A stretch of 64,000 nt of DNA from Perkinsela sp. CCAP 1560/9. Taxonomy: Eukaryota; Protista; Euglenozoa: Kinetoplastea. Each line of letters starts with the position of its first letter. The stretch's first letter is position 1. Positions 1 through 11,404 of this stretch are shown in pieces. The stretch is taken from NCBI GenBank assembly GCA_965644495.1, contig CBFFSA010000002.1, positions 868,001 to 932,000 on the forward strand, in the 5' to 3' direction. The notes under the pieces are model-generated. The model searched no databases. It had not been told where the DNA came from and was given only the letters and a program-made list of their open reading frames with translations. A program made the translations under genes and the position numbers.

Positions 1-666
1 CAAACCGAGAAACGAATTATAACAGAATCACTTCAAATTTTACAACTGGATGTCTCCAAGTTGAGAGAACGGGCCATTTATATAGACAGTGAACTTTCAG
101 CACTTCGAGTAGACAACGTAGAGCTAAAGCTAGAGTTGCGTCAGGCTCAGAACACTTTACTCAAAGAGCAGCAATCCAAAGTTCCAATGCATTGCGTTTC
201 CGATAGAAAGGGGAAAAGAGTATGTCCTACAGAATCAGCATCTACAGCATAAGATCAGAGGAAGCGCTCAGAAAAACCCGTTACGAAAAGTTCTCGAGGC
301 TACCATCTTGTACAAATAGCTCCGTTGAAAGATTCAAAGAAAACAAGGAATCTACAAATACATTCGACGGTTTCTCCTAAAAGTGGAAGTAAGGACATGT
401 CGCTTCCTATGGACAGCTCGGATCCGACAAACTCAAATACACGTCCAGGCGATATTGATGTATCACGAGTTGAGCTATCTGGAAAAGATCCGTGCTCTTC
501 GGTAGAGAGTGTGTCAAATATTCACTTCGGAAGCAAAGAAATACACACTACTGCTAAGAGATCGCGTCGTATTTTAACGCTGACTCCGATGAACGAAAAC
601 GAAGACATTTGGACCTCATGGAATAGAGATGTCTCAGGGACGTCTAAATTGACATCTTCAGATTAA
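1..666 (+). CDS. 3' end of a coiled-coil/low-complexity protein entering from upstream; one in-frame TAA at 250-252
   Basis: Frame 1 is open from base 1 to 249 (coiled-coil-like ELSALRVDNVELKLELRQAQ) and again from 253 to the TAA ending at 666. The true stop may be either one. Confidence 0.5.
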
Positions 667-958
667 GGAGAATATATCGTGAGTAAGTCCGCAATAATAC
701 ATGTCATTGAAATATGTTTTTTAAATTTGTTTTTTAATCTTTTCTGTATAATTTCTTTCTTGATTCTTGCCTGGCATTAGTACTTTTCATGCACTCAAAT
801 GCATTCGACGTGAAAAATAAACAATATTTCTGAGCTTCTTGCTGATATGAAAACATTCTCATATAGGAAGTTGTATAGCCACGTTCTTGAAGACACCTTG
901 TAATCGAGTTTGACCCTACATAATTTTCTTGAATTCTTTTTTTAATTTCTTTTGCTGA

Positions 959-3247
959 ATGGCAGGAAGCAAGATCTTGTCCTCTCGTCGAAAGCGTGGA
1001 TCAACTGATGAAAAGTCAGCAATCTCTTCTCGACCTCGCCAACAAAAAAAGATTCCTCGTCAACAGATCTCGTCCTCTTTGAATGTAGAAAACACCACTG
1101 ACATTTCTTTAAACATTGAAAACAACATATTTGAGCACTCAGAAGATGAAGAAAAACCGTCCTTCCTCCTACCTCAACCCCATCCACCCGAAACCGTATC
1201 TCCAACCCACCCAAGCCCCAAAACGACACCCCCACCACCTCCAAAACCGACACAAAAATCTGCCCTCAAAAAGCGCCCCGACCCTATCGAAACCCCCCAA
1301 CCCCCCGGCGCCTCCCTCCCCAAACTCCTGCAAACGTCCCACCACCTCATGTCCCACGCCTCCTCCTCCCGGGTCCAAACCATTGCCGACGAGCACGTCC
1401 TCCCCAGCCCCGTCGCCGTGAGCTCCACCCTCGAGGCCGCCCATGACCGCGCCCACACCCGGGAGCTCGTGTCCCAGGACCTTAAGAAGTGGAACTACTT
1501 TGTGAGTCGTCTGCGCACCGCGGACCACCTCACCTTCCCGCTACGCTCCTCCAAGGACCTGAGCTCCGGTCACAACCTCGCGGCCCTCAGTACCGCACTG
1601 GAGCCCACCACGGAGCTGGAGAAGCGCATGCACGCGGTGTACGCGGCCACAGGGTTGCTGGATAGTGCGGAATCCCCACAAGATGGGGGACGCGAAGATA
1701 TTTTGTTTCAAAAGGGAGATGAGGAAGGGGAGGGGACAAAACTATCTTTTGAAGCTATGAAACATGCGAGTACGAGTATGACAACTCCCGTAGAGGACAC
1801 GACCCGTCCCACAGCCGGGTACCTTGCGAAACTTAAAAGCATCATGTCCCAGAATGTACAAAAACGAAAACGTATGAATCAAATCAAATCGCGTGCCTAC
1901 CACCGTATGAGGCGAAGGGACGAGGAGAAAACGGCCAACGCCGCGTTGCAGCGGTTGCATGAAATCGACCCCGATGCCGCGGCCTTGAAACGGCAGCAGC
2001 GTATGGAGCGGCTGCGTGCGATCGAGAGAGCCACCATGCGACACCGCAACACAAGTAAGTGGGTGAGACATGTGAAGAAGTTCGCGTCGTGGGATGCCAA
2101 CGCCCGGGACGCGATGCATAAAGATGCGAGAAGACATGAGGAGTTAACGCGAAAGTGGGAGCAGGAGGGGGTGCTGCGCTCGGCTGAGTATGAAACAGAG
2201 CGACAGGTGCAGCGAGAGGAGGAGGAGAGTAAACAAACCGACGCGTTGGTGGATGCGTTGCTGGATGGGGAGGGGAGTGACGCGGAGGTTGGGGCAGGAG
2301 GGAGAAAGAAAAAAGGCAAAAGTCTTACGGCTGTGTTGGGGGTGGAATCTTCGTCGGATCCGACGCAGAATGCTAGGGAGGGACTCGCAGGAATGGGGTT
2401 TATGCGCCGAGCACAGCAGCGGAAGGAGATGGAGATGTTGCGCGAGGTGGAGGAACTGGAGCAGCAGGCGATGGAGTGGAAAAATGGTAAACATGGAGAT
2501 GGGGAGGAACAATGTGGTTCCGGGACTCAAAATACAGAACATGACCTCCATGTCACGACCAGTCGAACCGGAGGCCGCAAAAAATTTTCCCGACCTTTAG
2601 TAGACGAGGAAAACGGAAATTTTCCGAAAAGTACGCCCAACACTTCCTCATCAAACACTGCTCAAAACCCTTTATCTTATTCAGCACCCCAAACCACCCG
2701 CTCTTTAAACACCACCCGAATCGCGGCTCCCACCCAGCAGCAACAGCTCATCTCCGCAGCCTTCGCCCCGGACGAGCTGCTGCTGCGTGAGCTTGAAAAA
2801 GAAAAGACTGCGGCACTGCAATCCGACCTCACCCCTCTGGACCCTCAATCCGCTCTCCCGGGGTGGGGGGAGTGGGGAGGGGAAGCTCCGGAGCGTAACC
2901 GAATCCAGCAAGCTCGTCTCTCCCGGTTGAAAGCCAAACAGCAGCTCGAGCTGCGTGTCCTCCAGGCCAAGCGCAGGGATGCGGGTCTCGAGCATGTCTA
3001 CCTTAGCGAGCTCTCGGAGAATGTCTCGGAGAAGTACCGGTTAAATAAGGTGCCGTACCCGTATGAGAGTGAGGAGCAGTACAACCGAGCGATGCGCATG
3101 CCGCTCGGGAGGGAGTGGAATACTGAGATGACGGTGTTCCAGAATACCCGACCTCCGGTAGAGGTAATCCCCGGGTGCGTGATCCGACCGGTGGATCTGG
3201 AGGCTGGGAACCAGAAGAAGACCCCTCAGACGAAATTGCGCAGGTAG
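959..3247 (+). CDS. UTP14: U3 snoRNA-associated protein Utp14 (SSU processome)
   Basis: Utp14 motifs: IKSRAYHR, RAIERATMRHRNTSKW, GMGFMRRA, LPGWGEWGG, KYRLNKVPYPYESEEQYNRAMRMPLGREWNT. Confidence 0.93.
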   Translation: MAGSKILSSRRKRGSTDEKSAISSRPRQQKKIPRQQISSSLNVENTTDISLNIENNIFEHSEDEEKPSFLLPQPHPPETVSPTHPSPKTTPPPPPKPTQKSALKKRPDPIETPQPPGASLPKLLQTSHHLMSHASSSRVQTIADEHVLPSPVAVSSTLEAAHDRAHTRELVSQDLKKWNYFVSRLRTADHLTFPLRSSKDLSSGHNLAALSTALEPTTELEKRMHAVYAATGLLDSAESPQDGGREDILFQKGDEEGEGTKLSFEAMKHASTSMTTPVEDTTRPTAGYLAKLKSIMSQNVQKRKRMNQIKSRAYHRMRRRDEEKTANAALQRLHEIDPDAAALKRQQRMERLRAIERATMRHRNTSKWVRHVKKFASWDANARDAMHKDARRHEELTRKWEQEGVLRSAEYETERQVQREEEESKQTDALVDALLDGEGSDAEVGAGGRKKKGKSLTAVLGVESSSDPTQNAREGLAGMGFMRRAQQRKEMEMLREVEELEQQAMEWKNGKHGDGEEQCGSGTQNTEHDLHVTTSRTGGRKKFSRPLVDEENGNFPKSTPNTSSSNTAQNPLSYSAPQTTRSLNTTRIAAPTQQQQLISAAFAPDELLLRELEKEKTAALQSDLTPLDPQSALPGWGEWGGEAPERNRIQQARLSRLKAKQQLELRVLQAKRRDAGLEHVYLSELSENVSEKYRLNKVPYPYESEEQYNRAMRMPLGREWNTEMTVFQNTRPPVEVIPGCVIRPVDLEAGNQKKTPQTKLRR

Positions 3248-4410
3248 AGTGGCGAGGGGGAGAGTGGGCCTCTTCTCGTGAAGAGGCATTTCAGGTGAGA
3301 AACAAAGACGCAGGGATGCATTTTTGAGGTGTTTGGCGTTGCTATTATCGATGCAGTAAGTTAAGGGGAGTACAACGGGTTTGATGAGGCAAAGAGGGCA
3401 TGTTCTTTGCAAGGAGATGAGGTATCGTTCATGTGGAATCAACGAATAGTAATATTCTCTGTTTTTCCGAATGCTTTATTCATTTACATTCGCACTTTTT
3501 TTGTTTGTTTTCCCGACTGTGATACACTTTTCGTTATTAGAGAAGAATTTTTGTGATACCATTTGTAAGTTTTGCGTACGATGCTGCTGTTCTGCTTCAT
3601 TGGTTTTTTCGTTCACGTTCTAACGTTACACGCAGCAGATGATACACCAACATCTAGCAGTCCTCCAAGGAAACATCGATGCTACGGCTCCAAAACGACT
3701 TCTGCAAGCACCTCAGATGATTATCAAGTGCGAGTCTTTACTCAGTACTTGAAGAATCGTCCTGCGAGTTGGTGCAATGCCTCTGCCCCTGTATGCTCCT
3801 GGGAGGTATGTGACAAGGAGCAAAGGGTAATTGAAATTCTTTTTCATGTGCCTGCAACTTGTGGAAATTTGTCATGGGAGTTCTGTCCACGTCACGTGGT
3901 CAGAATAGCGCGTACATCTTACTTTGGTGTAACGAAATTCGGTGGTCAACTTCCTACCGCTGCATTAAGTCATACTCTAATTAATCTGCGATTAAGTGCA
4001 AATGAACATGTTGGGGCGGTCGATCTGACTACTCTTCCACCGAATATGACTGACTTGTTTATAGATCGCAACGAGTTTAGTGGATCTCTTGACCTAACAA
4101 TGCTTCCTGGCTCCTTGGTAAACTTGGATTTGTGTTTAAATAGATTTGAGAGACCAATAGACCTGGATTGTCATACTCAGTGCACCACCCTTTTGTCATA
4201 CTCAGTGCACCAAAGATACCCAAAAAATCAACCCTTCTGAAATGTCGACATTTTGTCATACTCAGTGCACCAAGAAAAAGCAATGGGCATGTCACCGCGT
4301 ACGAACGTGTGTGCTACTGCTGCATAACACCTGAGAGTGTAAAAGTATAAAAAAGTGCACTTAAAAGTATAAATGTGTTAATTTGAATAATATAGTGTAA
4401 AATTGAATAA

Positions 4411-5310
4411 TTTTTAGGCTCTTCGTTAAACGCGGTGGTTGTTTTCAACTTAGAAGTCACTCATGCTACGCTCTCCGAGTTGAAAACCACCACCGCGTTT
4501 AACGAAGAGCCTAAAAAAGAAAATTTAGCCTGGAAAACGGAAAGATTATAGCCAAAAATAGCCGAATTTCGGGTAAAAATGGGGTCATTTTCGCATATTT
4601 TTGCTCTCAGAGCACTAAATCCGACATTTGCGCGTGGTAAATCACTCGCAGGCATGAATGAAAGCCTACCGAACGTATTGGGTAGAGAATGCGACTCCAA
4701 CCATACCATTCTTTCGACACAAAAATGCCCCTTTAGGTCCGAAAAATACTTTTTCACCTTTTTTAGTCAAAAATGGGTCATTTTGAGGGGCGCACCACGG
4801 TTCGAAGAAGTGATACCTTGCGAAAACAACTGCGTAGAAAGCTAGTGCAGGTCCCAAACTATCAAAATACAATAGGGGAAACGATTTTGGAAAAATATTT
4901 TTTTTGTCATTTTTTTCGCCAAGTTGAATTTTTTTTCAAAATTTTTTTTCCGAAAAAATCCGAACTTGGCGGACCCGTCATGCGGATACGCGGGGGGGTC
5001 ACCCCCGGGTAGGGGGGTGGAAAATGCGCGCCAAGCCCCCGGCTACCCTTTCTGCGGTTTTTTTTCGAAAACTAATTTTTTCGAAAAAAAATTGCTCGAC
5101 CATGCCCCCCCCCCTGGACCCCCCCCCCTGGACCCCCCCCATGGACCCCCCATTTTTTTCAAATTTTTTTTTCAGTTTTGGTCCACCGGAGCCCCCTTTT
5201 ATATTTTTTTCTTCCATTATATTACTGTGTTCCTCTTTATATTTTCACTGTTTTTGTTCACTTTTTTTTCAATAATCGAGTGTAGAGCGGTAGTTTTACA
5301 ACCACCGCAA
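4411..5310 (-). mobile_element. Non-autonomous Helentron-like element, family X
   Basis: Near-identical inverted copy at 47669-48549. The 5' end is TT-GCGGTGGTTGTAAAACTACCGC (subTIR plus inverted repeat). The 3' end is an approximately 100-bp palindrome (about 4414-4513) containing the subTIR. Confidence 0.75.
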
Positions 5311-5405
5311 TAATCTGAGTAATATAGCGTTATTGAATAATATACGGTCCAACTTATCCTTCTGCTCCAACTTATCCTTCTGCTTTTAACTTGTCTTTAC
5401 CTACT

Positions 5406-5909
5406 TCAAAGCAGGAATAACTCTCGAAATTTCTGAGGAATCTCCCAGTTGAGACATTTTCGAGGTCGATTATTCAGCCTGTAGAGCCCTTAGGGGCGCT
5501 TTCCTCTAAAGCGTAGAGCCTTGTGTACGCTACCGCCTGCATCCTTATCCCTTCGGACGAAACGATAAATCGTGGAAGTAGGCGGGGAACCCTGTGAACC
5601 AACGATTAATGTATGGGCCACTTGTTCTGGGATATGAAATTTTTTGAGCCGAGCTTTAACTTTTGCTTCGACGGCTCCACGAATAATCTGAGGCCTCGTC
5701 CCTTTTTTACTCAGGCGATTTCGTGCGACACGATTCGCACGGCCAGCCAAGTAATACTTGCCCGTTTTCTTGCTTCGTACCAACTCTCGGCAAACAGTGC
5801 TGTGAGATTTTTTTATAGAACGGGCAATTTCTCTGCGTGTCGATCCGCTCTCATGCATCGTCTGAATGTCTTGCCTCTCCTGAAGAGTTAATCTTCGATA
5901 TTTAGGCAT
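5406..5909 (-). pseudogene. IS30 transposase remnant: N-terminal HTH joined to the extreme C-terminus, DDE core deleted
   Basis: MPKYRRLTLQERQDIQ...IARSIKKSHSTVCRELVR (HTH_38 type) and PEQVA...STIYRFV. After the TAA at 5490 the same frame reads GLYRLNNRPRKCLNWEIP, the IS30 C-terminal LNxRPRKCL motif. Confidence 0.88.
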
Positions 5910-6490
5910 ATAAAGTGCGAGTTTCGATTAGAAAGAAAAGCTACTAATTATGATAAAATATGTACCTCTTGGTGCACTGAGTATGACAATCCTATAAATT
6001 GTGGTGCACTAAGTATGACAATTTGGTGCACTGACATTGACAATCCACCAGATGTTACAAAGCTTCCCTCGGGGTTGAAGTACCTTAATCTTCATGCCAA
6101 TCGACTCACGGGAGTTGTGGATCTGTGTCATCTCCCAGGAAATTCAAGAGGATTTGAAATATCGTTGCACAACAATGATTTTACAGCATATTTAAGCAAA
6201 CAAAAATATGCTCCTACGGCGTGGATTGAACGCGATGTGCCGCGAATGTCCAAACGTGAATGTGAAAAAAGCTTAAAAACGTAGATTCTGGGCGTCCTGT
6301 TTCTCCATGTATTTTTTCGTGCTTTAGTTAGATGCGCAGTCTTTTCTCTTCTGTGCTTCCTCCCTAGCCAATGTCGGAAACATTCCATAGCGAAGCTGTT
6401 TTTTTATGTGTGTTGAAATCGTGTAAAACCCTTGCAAATACGTTTTTACAAAATCTTTTTTCTATATTTTTACCCTCTTCATACGTAAAA

Positions 6491-7422
6491 ATGAAATCGC
6501 TACACCCCTACTTCACTCGCGCCATCATTCCCCCACCCCACCCTGGCTTCCTCTTTCTCCAAACCCCCAAAACCAAATCTCTCCCTTCCCAAAACCCTTC
6601 CCCCATCCGTTTCTTCTCCACCTCTACCCCCTCCCCACCTTTCCCTCCCCCCTCCCCCCTCCACCCCTCTCCTTTTCTCCGGTCCCCTCCCCCACCCGCT
6701 CCTCCCTTCTCCTTTCCACCCTCCCCAGCGTTATCCCGCAGCACCCGGGGACTACCCTCTTCCCGACCCGCCTCTTTTTTATCTCCCCCCTCTTTTTTAT
6801 CCCCCCCCTCTTTCTTATCCCCCCCTCTTTCTTATCCCCCCCTCTCCTCCACACCCCCGCGCGTGCGCTCATCACCGAGGCCTACGGCCGCATCACCGAC
6901 GAGGACCGCCGCTGGTGGAAGCTCCACCTCGAGGCCCACCATGACGTCACGCTCGGCACCTTCACCGCCTTCCTCGACAGCTGCTCCGTGCACACCCAGA
7001 AGCGTCTCCTCGAGCGCGACCTCTGGACCATCGAGCAGGTCTCCCAGCTGACGGAGGACGAGGTGGAGGAGCTGCGCTATAAGGAGGGCTGCGGGGCCAT
7101 GGAGGTGGTGTGGGAACACGCCCGCGCGATCGCCCCCGAGCTGCGGAAACGGGAGCACGGCGTGGGGCGCGGGGATGAGGAGCTGCAGGAGAGGCTGTTT
7201 GCGCTGAGGAAGAAACGGGAGCTGGAGAGGAGGAAGCAGGAGATTTTGCAAGGCAGGGCGAGGGAGGTGGAGGAGAGGGAAAGCCGGCTGACCGCGATGA
7301 GGGAGGAGATTGAGAAGAGAAAGGAGGCGATGCGGAGGAAGCAAAGGGAGAGGGAGGCGTTGCTGCGAGAGGAGGCGGGGAGAAACCGCGCGTCGGCACG
7401 GACATCAGATGATGGTATATAG
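6491..7422 (+). CDS. Conserved-looking hypothetical protein (possible mitochondrial targeting peptide, C-terminal coiled coil); frame broken in the C-rich tract
   Basis: Frame 1 from about 6841 reads LLHTPARALITEAYGRITDEDRRWWKLHLEAHHDVTLGTFTAFLDSCSVHTQKRLLERDLWTIEQV. The upstream part (QRYPAAPGDYPLPDPPL) lies in another frame, separated by a tandem repeat. Confidence 0.55.
6770..6845. repeat. About four copies of a 17-19-bp CCTCTTTTTTATCCCCC-type minisatellite inside the CDS
   Basis: Visible tandem units between the PDPPL and LLHTP codons. Confidence 0.7.
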
Positions 7423-7592
7423 AGGTAGCCATACATAATTTTTAGGCAAACATCATGTATTTCTATGTGTTTCTATTTTGTGAATAGTGCATTTCTACGC
7501 ATAAAATTCTTTTGTTTTAAAAGAAAGTAGAGAAGAGATTACAAAATGTCTAAGATCGATCGTTTTCTAATAAAATTTGTGATCAAGTCACT

Positions 7593-8171
7593 ATGGACGA
7601 CCAAGTAACGTACGCGGCGCATAAATCCACGCATCTTTCTCTTCCTCAGGAGTATGACCTCGCGCGCTTTATTTCGGGGATTACGAATCCACACCCGTCC
7701 TGGAACACCAGTGTCCCTGCCTGTAAGTGGTTTGGCATCAGCTGCTCGGACTCACTCAATGAAGTCACGGAAATAAACTGGAATGCACTGCCCATTCATG
7801 GAACTCTGCAATGGCATTATCTACCCCGAACCTCGCTACTTGTTAGCGTATTTAAAAATAGTCTTCGGGGCTCTCTTGATCTTTCTGGCTTGCCAACACA
7901 ATTGACATCCTTGCGTTGCTCACGCAACAAATTTTCAAGTTCCATTGATCTTAGCTCTCTTCCCCTTTCTATGCTTCGATTAATCGTGTCCTCCAACGAT
8001 CTTAATGGATACGTGGAGATAGCTACACTGCCACCTTCCCTGGAGTGGCTCTTCTTAAGAGATAATCCAAACCTAAGCGGAATCATTGATTGCTCAAAGT
8101 TTCCTCCCAGTCTTGTTCGCTTTAATTGGTCAGAAACAAAAATTAGGGAAGCGAGCATCTTGGTAACATGA
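7593..8171 (+). CDS. Short LRR protein
   Basis: LPQEYDLARFI...SWN...CKWFGISC cap followed by LPxxLxxLxxxxNxxxGxxDL repeats. Confidence 0.85.
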   Translation: MDDQVTYAAHKSTHLSLPQEYDLARFISGITNPHPSWNTSVPACKWFGISCSDSLNEVTEINWNALPIHGTLQWHYLPRTSLLVSVFKNSLRGSLDLSGLPTQLTSLRCSRNKFSSSIDLSSLPLSMLRLIVSSNDLNGYVEIATLPPSLEWLFLRDNPNLSGIIDCSKFPPSLVRFNWSETKIREASILVT

Positions 8172-8307
8172 AGTTATTCAATGTTTGCATTAAAAAAACC
8201 ATATCGTTAACATGATTGCTTGTACATTTTTCTCATACTACAGGCGGAAAACTTACCGTCGAAGTTTTTATTAACGGGACAAAATTCATTAGAATAAATT
8301 AAAAGTA

Positions 8308-11296
8308 AAGGGGGGCTCGTTTATTGTTAACATTCGTTTATTGTTAACAATGAATTAATTCATTTATTGTTAACATTCGATTATTGTTAACATTCGATTA
8401 TTGTTAACATTCGATTATTGTTAGCAATGAATTAATTTCGGTTTTTTCGTGTGGCTTTCGAATTTTTTTGTTCCTTATGGTCATGTTTTATATCGTTCAT
8501 GATAAGGAAAATGATACGCTTAACGATATGCGAAACAATGCTATTGAAACAACAGACTTTCAGTCGCCCGACGATCGCAGCCTCCAGAGATAAAACGTTG
8601 AGAAGTCAAGTAAACTGTACCTCACCCGACATCGCACTTCGAATCCCATAACTCAGTTTTGGATAAAACTGTATGGCAATTGAAAACTGCGTAGTTCCCT
8701 AAAGAGGTGTCATTGGAGAGTCGTTAGTAGCTCCGGCGATTACCAGTGACCTTCAGCAACCTCCAGAGAGTGCCCAAATACTTCTCATTGTTAACAATAT
8801 TCGAACTTTCATTGCAACTCGTGTAATGTTGACATTGGAGGGTAAAAGTTCGATTATTGTTACAGTGTACACAATTATTAGTGTAACAATAATTAGTAAA
8901 ACAAAAATTAGTAAATTTTTAATTAGTAAAACATTTTGCAAAATTCAGGTTTTACACCTTACATTTTTTTTTTTTTCGGAATTCTATTTTTTTTTACGAA
9001 AAGTTTTCAGATTACTATGTCGCACGACATCGGAGAAATGATATTGCTCAGCAATCTGATAAGTGCTTCGTCTAGCAACACGCCCTCCGGAACTTCCTTA
9101 ACAGATGAGCAAAAGAATTGGTTATTCGAACACACTCGTGGTGTTTTTCGGGGCGAAGATGTTCGACGAAAGTTTGAGCTGAAATTTCATCGAAGTCTCA
9201 GTTCAGCCGCTATCACCAAGTACAAGCGCATTGCGCGTTTGGATGACGTTGGTTCTAGTGGTCGAAAGAGTCTTCTCACGGAAGACGAAGAAGCTCAGTT
9301 GTTAAAAGCTTTTTTGCTGATTCGACGAACTGGCGTTGCCGTCGACGCAGCTCGCGTAGCCAACATTGCGAAAGGTATCAGAGAACAGCGACAGACGGGA
9401 TCTACAGTGCTGAACGGTGGCACGTTGAAGTTTTCGATTTCTTGGGCAAATTCTTGGATGCACCGCAATGGCATTAAGGTGCGACGGGCAACTACAACTC
9501 GAACTGTGACACCTATTGAAGTTGCACAGGCAGCTAATGTATTTTTTTCTCATCTACGTGGCCTAAAATCTTTCGGTGTTCGAAAAGAGCTTGTTTTTAA
9601 CGCGGACGAGTTTTTCGTTGGTCTTTCTCCAGAAGGCTCAAACATGAAGTGGACTTGGGAGCGAATTGACGTCGGAGAAAGTAGAAGTGTTGCAATCCAG
9701 AATCGCAAAGGGGGTTTCACTTGTACGGTGCTAACGAATGCTGCTGGTGATTTGAATCTTCTACAATTCATTTTTCAGGGTACCTCCCGCATGTTTGTCG
9801 ACATTGAACACAACGATCGAGTTCTACAGTGCGCTCGGACAGGATCTCACTTTCAGGATTCAAGCACTTGGGCCGAATTTCTCGAAAGATTTCTTGATAT
9901 TGTTGATGTGGAGAGGAGCAAACTTTCAGACGTTAACACTCCCGCTCTCCTTATCATAGATGGTGCAACACAACACAAAGACTCTGCCCCGGCGCTTTCC
10001 TCCAAAAACTGCAAGTGTGTAGAAATTCCGCCTAAAATGACTCACGTTTTTCAGCCGGCGGATCAGTTTGTGATATCTGGGTTGAAAGTCAAGGCTCGAG
10101 CACTTTTCAATGATTATGTTGCTCGCATTTTTGCCCGTCAAAATGTCGAAGATGCCGTCCATGAAATGGTTATGTCTTCCGCTTCACATCTCCGAACGCA
10201 AAAAGTCACGCTAATTACCAAAGCTATGCGAGAAATTACTCGTGCTCAAGTCATTGCTTCTTGGAAAGTTAGGGGTATAACTGCCGCTCTTTTTGATGAA
10301 ACTGAGATGTGTACTCCGACACGAGCCGACGCGTACGCATCCTTGCTCACCGACAGCGAACGTGAAACAGTCAGCAGACATGGAGATGAGCTACAAGAAA
10401 TGCACGTAAATGTTAACGTTGATGAAATCGAACCCCCCGAAGACCAAGATATTCGACAGGAAAATATTCAGCATATTGTCTCTCTTCAACGCAAGAAACG
10501 AGGTCGTCCTCCCAACCCCAGTCTTTCAGAACGGCTTGAGTCAAATAGAATTGAGAAGGAAAAAAAGAATCAAGCTCGTGAGGAAGGATACAAACTGAAA
10601 GAACAGACAAAAGGCATGAGTCGAGCTCAGAAGAAGTTATTTATTTCTCAAAAGAAGTGTGCAAAACTAGATCTATGGGGTTTCGGGAAGACTTCTTCTG
10701 AAATTGAGACATCCGCCAGTGCAGAAAATACATTTTTCTCTGAAGCTACGTCTATATGCACGCCTATTCGTTCAACTCCTCGAAAGGTCCAGTCAGATAA
10801 ATACAAATGCATGCACAATAATCACATTGACTATAGCAGCGATTATGAAGACAGTTCGGAATTTGAAGGGGAAAGTGAAACGGAAAGCGAGCAAGATTTC
10901 TGTGAGCAATATTTCTATGAGCAAGATTTTTATTAATATTATTTTTTCTGGGTGTTTTTTACTCTGTGCTACAGACACATATTACTTTCCCCGCTCCTGA
11001 TTTTTTTCTGAATCTCTGACTTTCTTGTTCGTTGTATTCCTATTTTTAAAAAACTTTCTTCGCTCCTCGAACGCGAAACATCGCTCTCTTGTATTTAAGA
11101 CATTTTATCAAGTTGGCAAATTTTTTGGGGGCAGCGCAAAAATTAGTAAAACAAAAATTAGTGAATTTTTAATTAGTAAAACTTTTTTATTATTTTACAA
11201 TAAAAGTTTTACTAATTTTTGCGAGCACTGTAACATGCGATTATTGTTAGCAAAAAATGCTCGAAAAATTTGATAACAATAAACGATCCCCCCCTT
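8308..11296 (+). mobile_element. pogo/Tigger-like (Tc1-mariner superfamily) DNA transposon, apparently intact
   Basis: TIRs AAGGGGGG(C/A)TCGTTTATTGTTA at both ends, flanked by TA (8306-8307, 11297-11298). Subterminal TTATTGTTAACATTCG repeats at about 8320-8430. Duplicated AATTAGTAAAACAAAAATTAGT block at about 8891 and 11141. Confidence 0.88.
9017..10936 (+). CDS. pogo-family transposase (CENP-B-like HTH plus DDE_1), AT-hook and acidic tail
   Basis: FSISWANSWMHR, VFNADE, LLIIDGATQH, IPPKMTHVFQPADQ, KKRGRPP. Preceded by a T tract and TTTTCAG (possible trans-splice acceptor). Confidence 0.9.
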   Translation: MSHDIGEMILLSNLISASSSNTPSGTSLTDEQKNWLFEHTRGVFRGEDVRRKFELKFHRSLSSAAITKYKRIARLDDVGSSGRKSLLTEDEEAQLLKAFLLIRRTGVAVDAARVANIAKGIREQRQTGSTVLNGGTLKFSISWANSWMHRNGIKVRRATTTRTVTPIEVAQAANVFFSHLRGLKSFGVRKELVFNADEFFVGLSPEGSNMKWTWERIDVGESRSVAIQNRKGGFTCTVLTNAAGDLNLLQFIFQGTSRMFVDIEHNDRVLQCARTGSHFQDSSTWAEFLERFLDIVDVERSKLSDVNTPALLIIDGATQHKDSAPALSSKNCKCVEIPPKMTHVFQPADQFVISGLKVKARALFNDYVARIFARQNVEDAVHEMVMSSASHLRTQKVTLITKAMREITRAQVIASWKVRGITAALFDETEMCTPTRADAYASLLTDSERETVSRHGDELQEMHVNVNVDEIEPPEDQDIRQENIQHIVSLQRKKRGRPPNPSLSERLESNRIEKEKKNQAREEGYKLKEQTKGMSRAQKKLFISQKKCAKLDLWGFGKTSSEIETSASAENTFFSEATSICTPIRSTPRKVQSDKYKCMHNNHIDYSSDYEDSSEFEGESETESEQDFCEQYFYEQDFY

Positions 11297-11404
11297 TACG
11301 TATGACAAGTCGAAAAAAACAAAATATTTTTGCGAGCAACGGCGGTTGATCTTGTTAAATCTTCCTGGATTCTGCGCCCAATATTTTTTAAATGGTCTTG
11401 TAAA

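Larger units (their letters stand above)
4162..6049 (-). mobile_element. Non-autonomous IS30-family element (internally deleted transposase), with a nested family-X element
   Basis: Inverted ends TGGATTGTCA...TGACAATCCA. The 19-bp repeat TGTCATACTCAGTGCACCA occurs three times on the left (from about 4169, 4194, 4254) and three times inverted on the right (from about 5970, 6002, 6024). TSD is either AGA (restores the host frame) or CC. Confidence 0.85.
3581..6284 (+). pseudogene. LRR protein gene split by an IS30-derived insertion (5' part 3581-4161, 3' part 6053-6284)
   Basis: LRR repeats (LPxxLxxLxLxxNxFxGxLDL) on both sides. Removing 4162-6052 rejoins NRFERPI-DVTKLPSGLKYLNLHANRLTG in frame. 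Confidence 0.8.

Noticed and set aside
4414-4513. Independent MITE for the 100-bp palindrome
   Set aside because: All three copies sit at the same end of family X, so it is treated as that element's terminus.
4461-5313. Small ORFs in family X and Y repeats (also 47.3-50.7 kb)
   Set aside because: Homopolymer-rich, no protein motifs, and frames differ between copies.
4162-6049. Bacterial contamination as the source of IS30
   Set aside because: It interrupts a eukaryotic LRR gene with a restorable frame and contains a repeat found elsewhere in this window.
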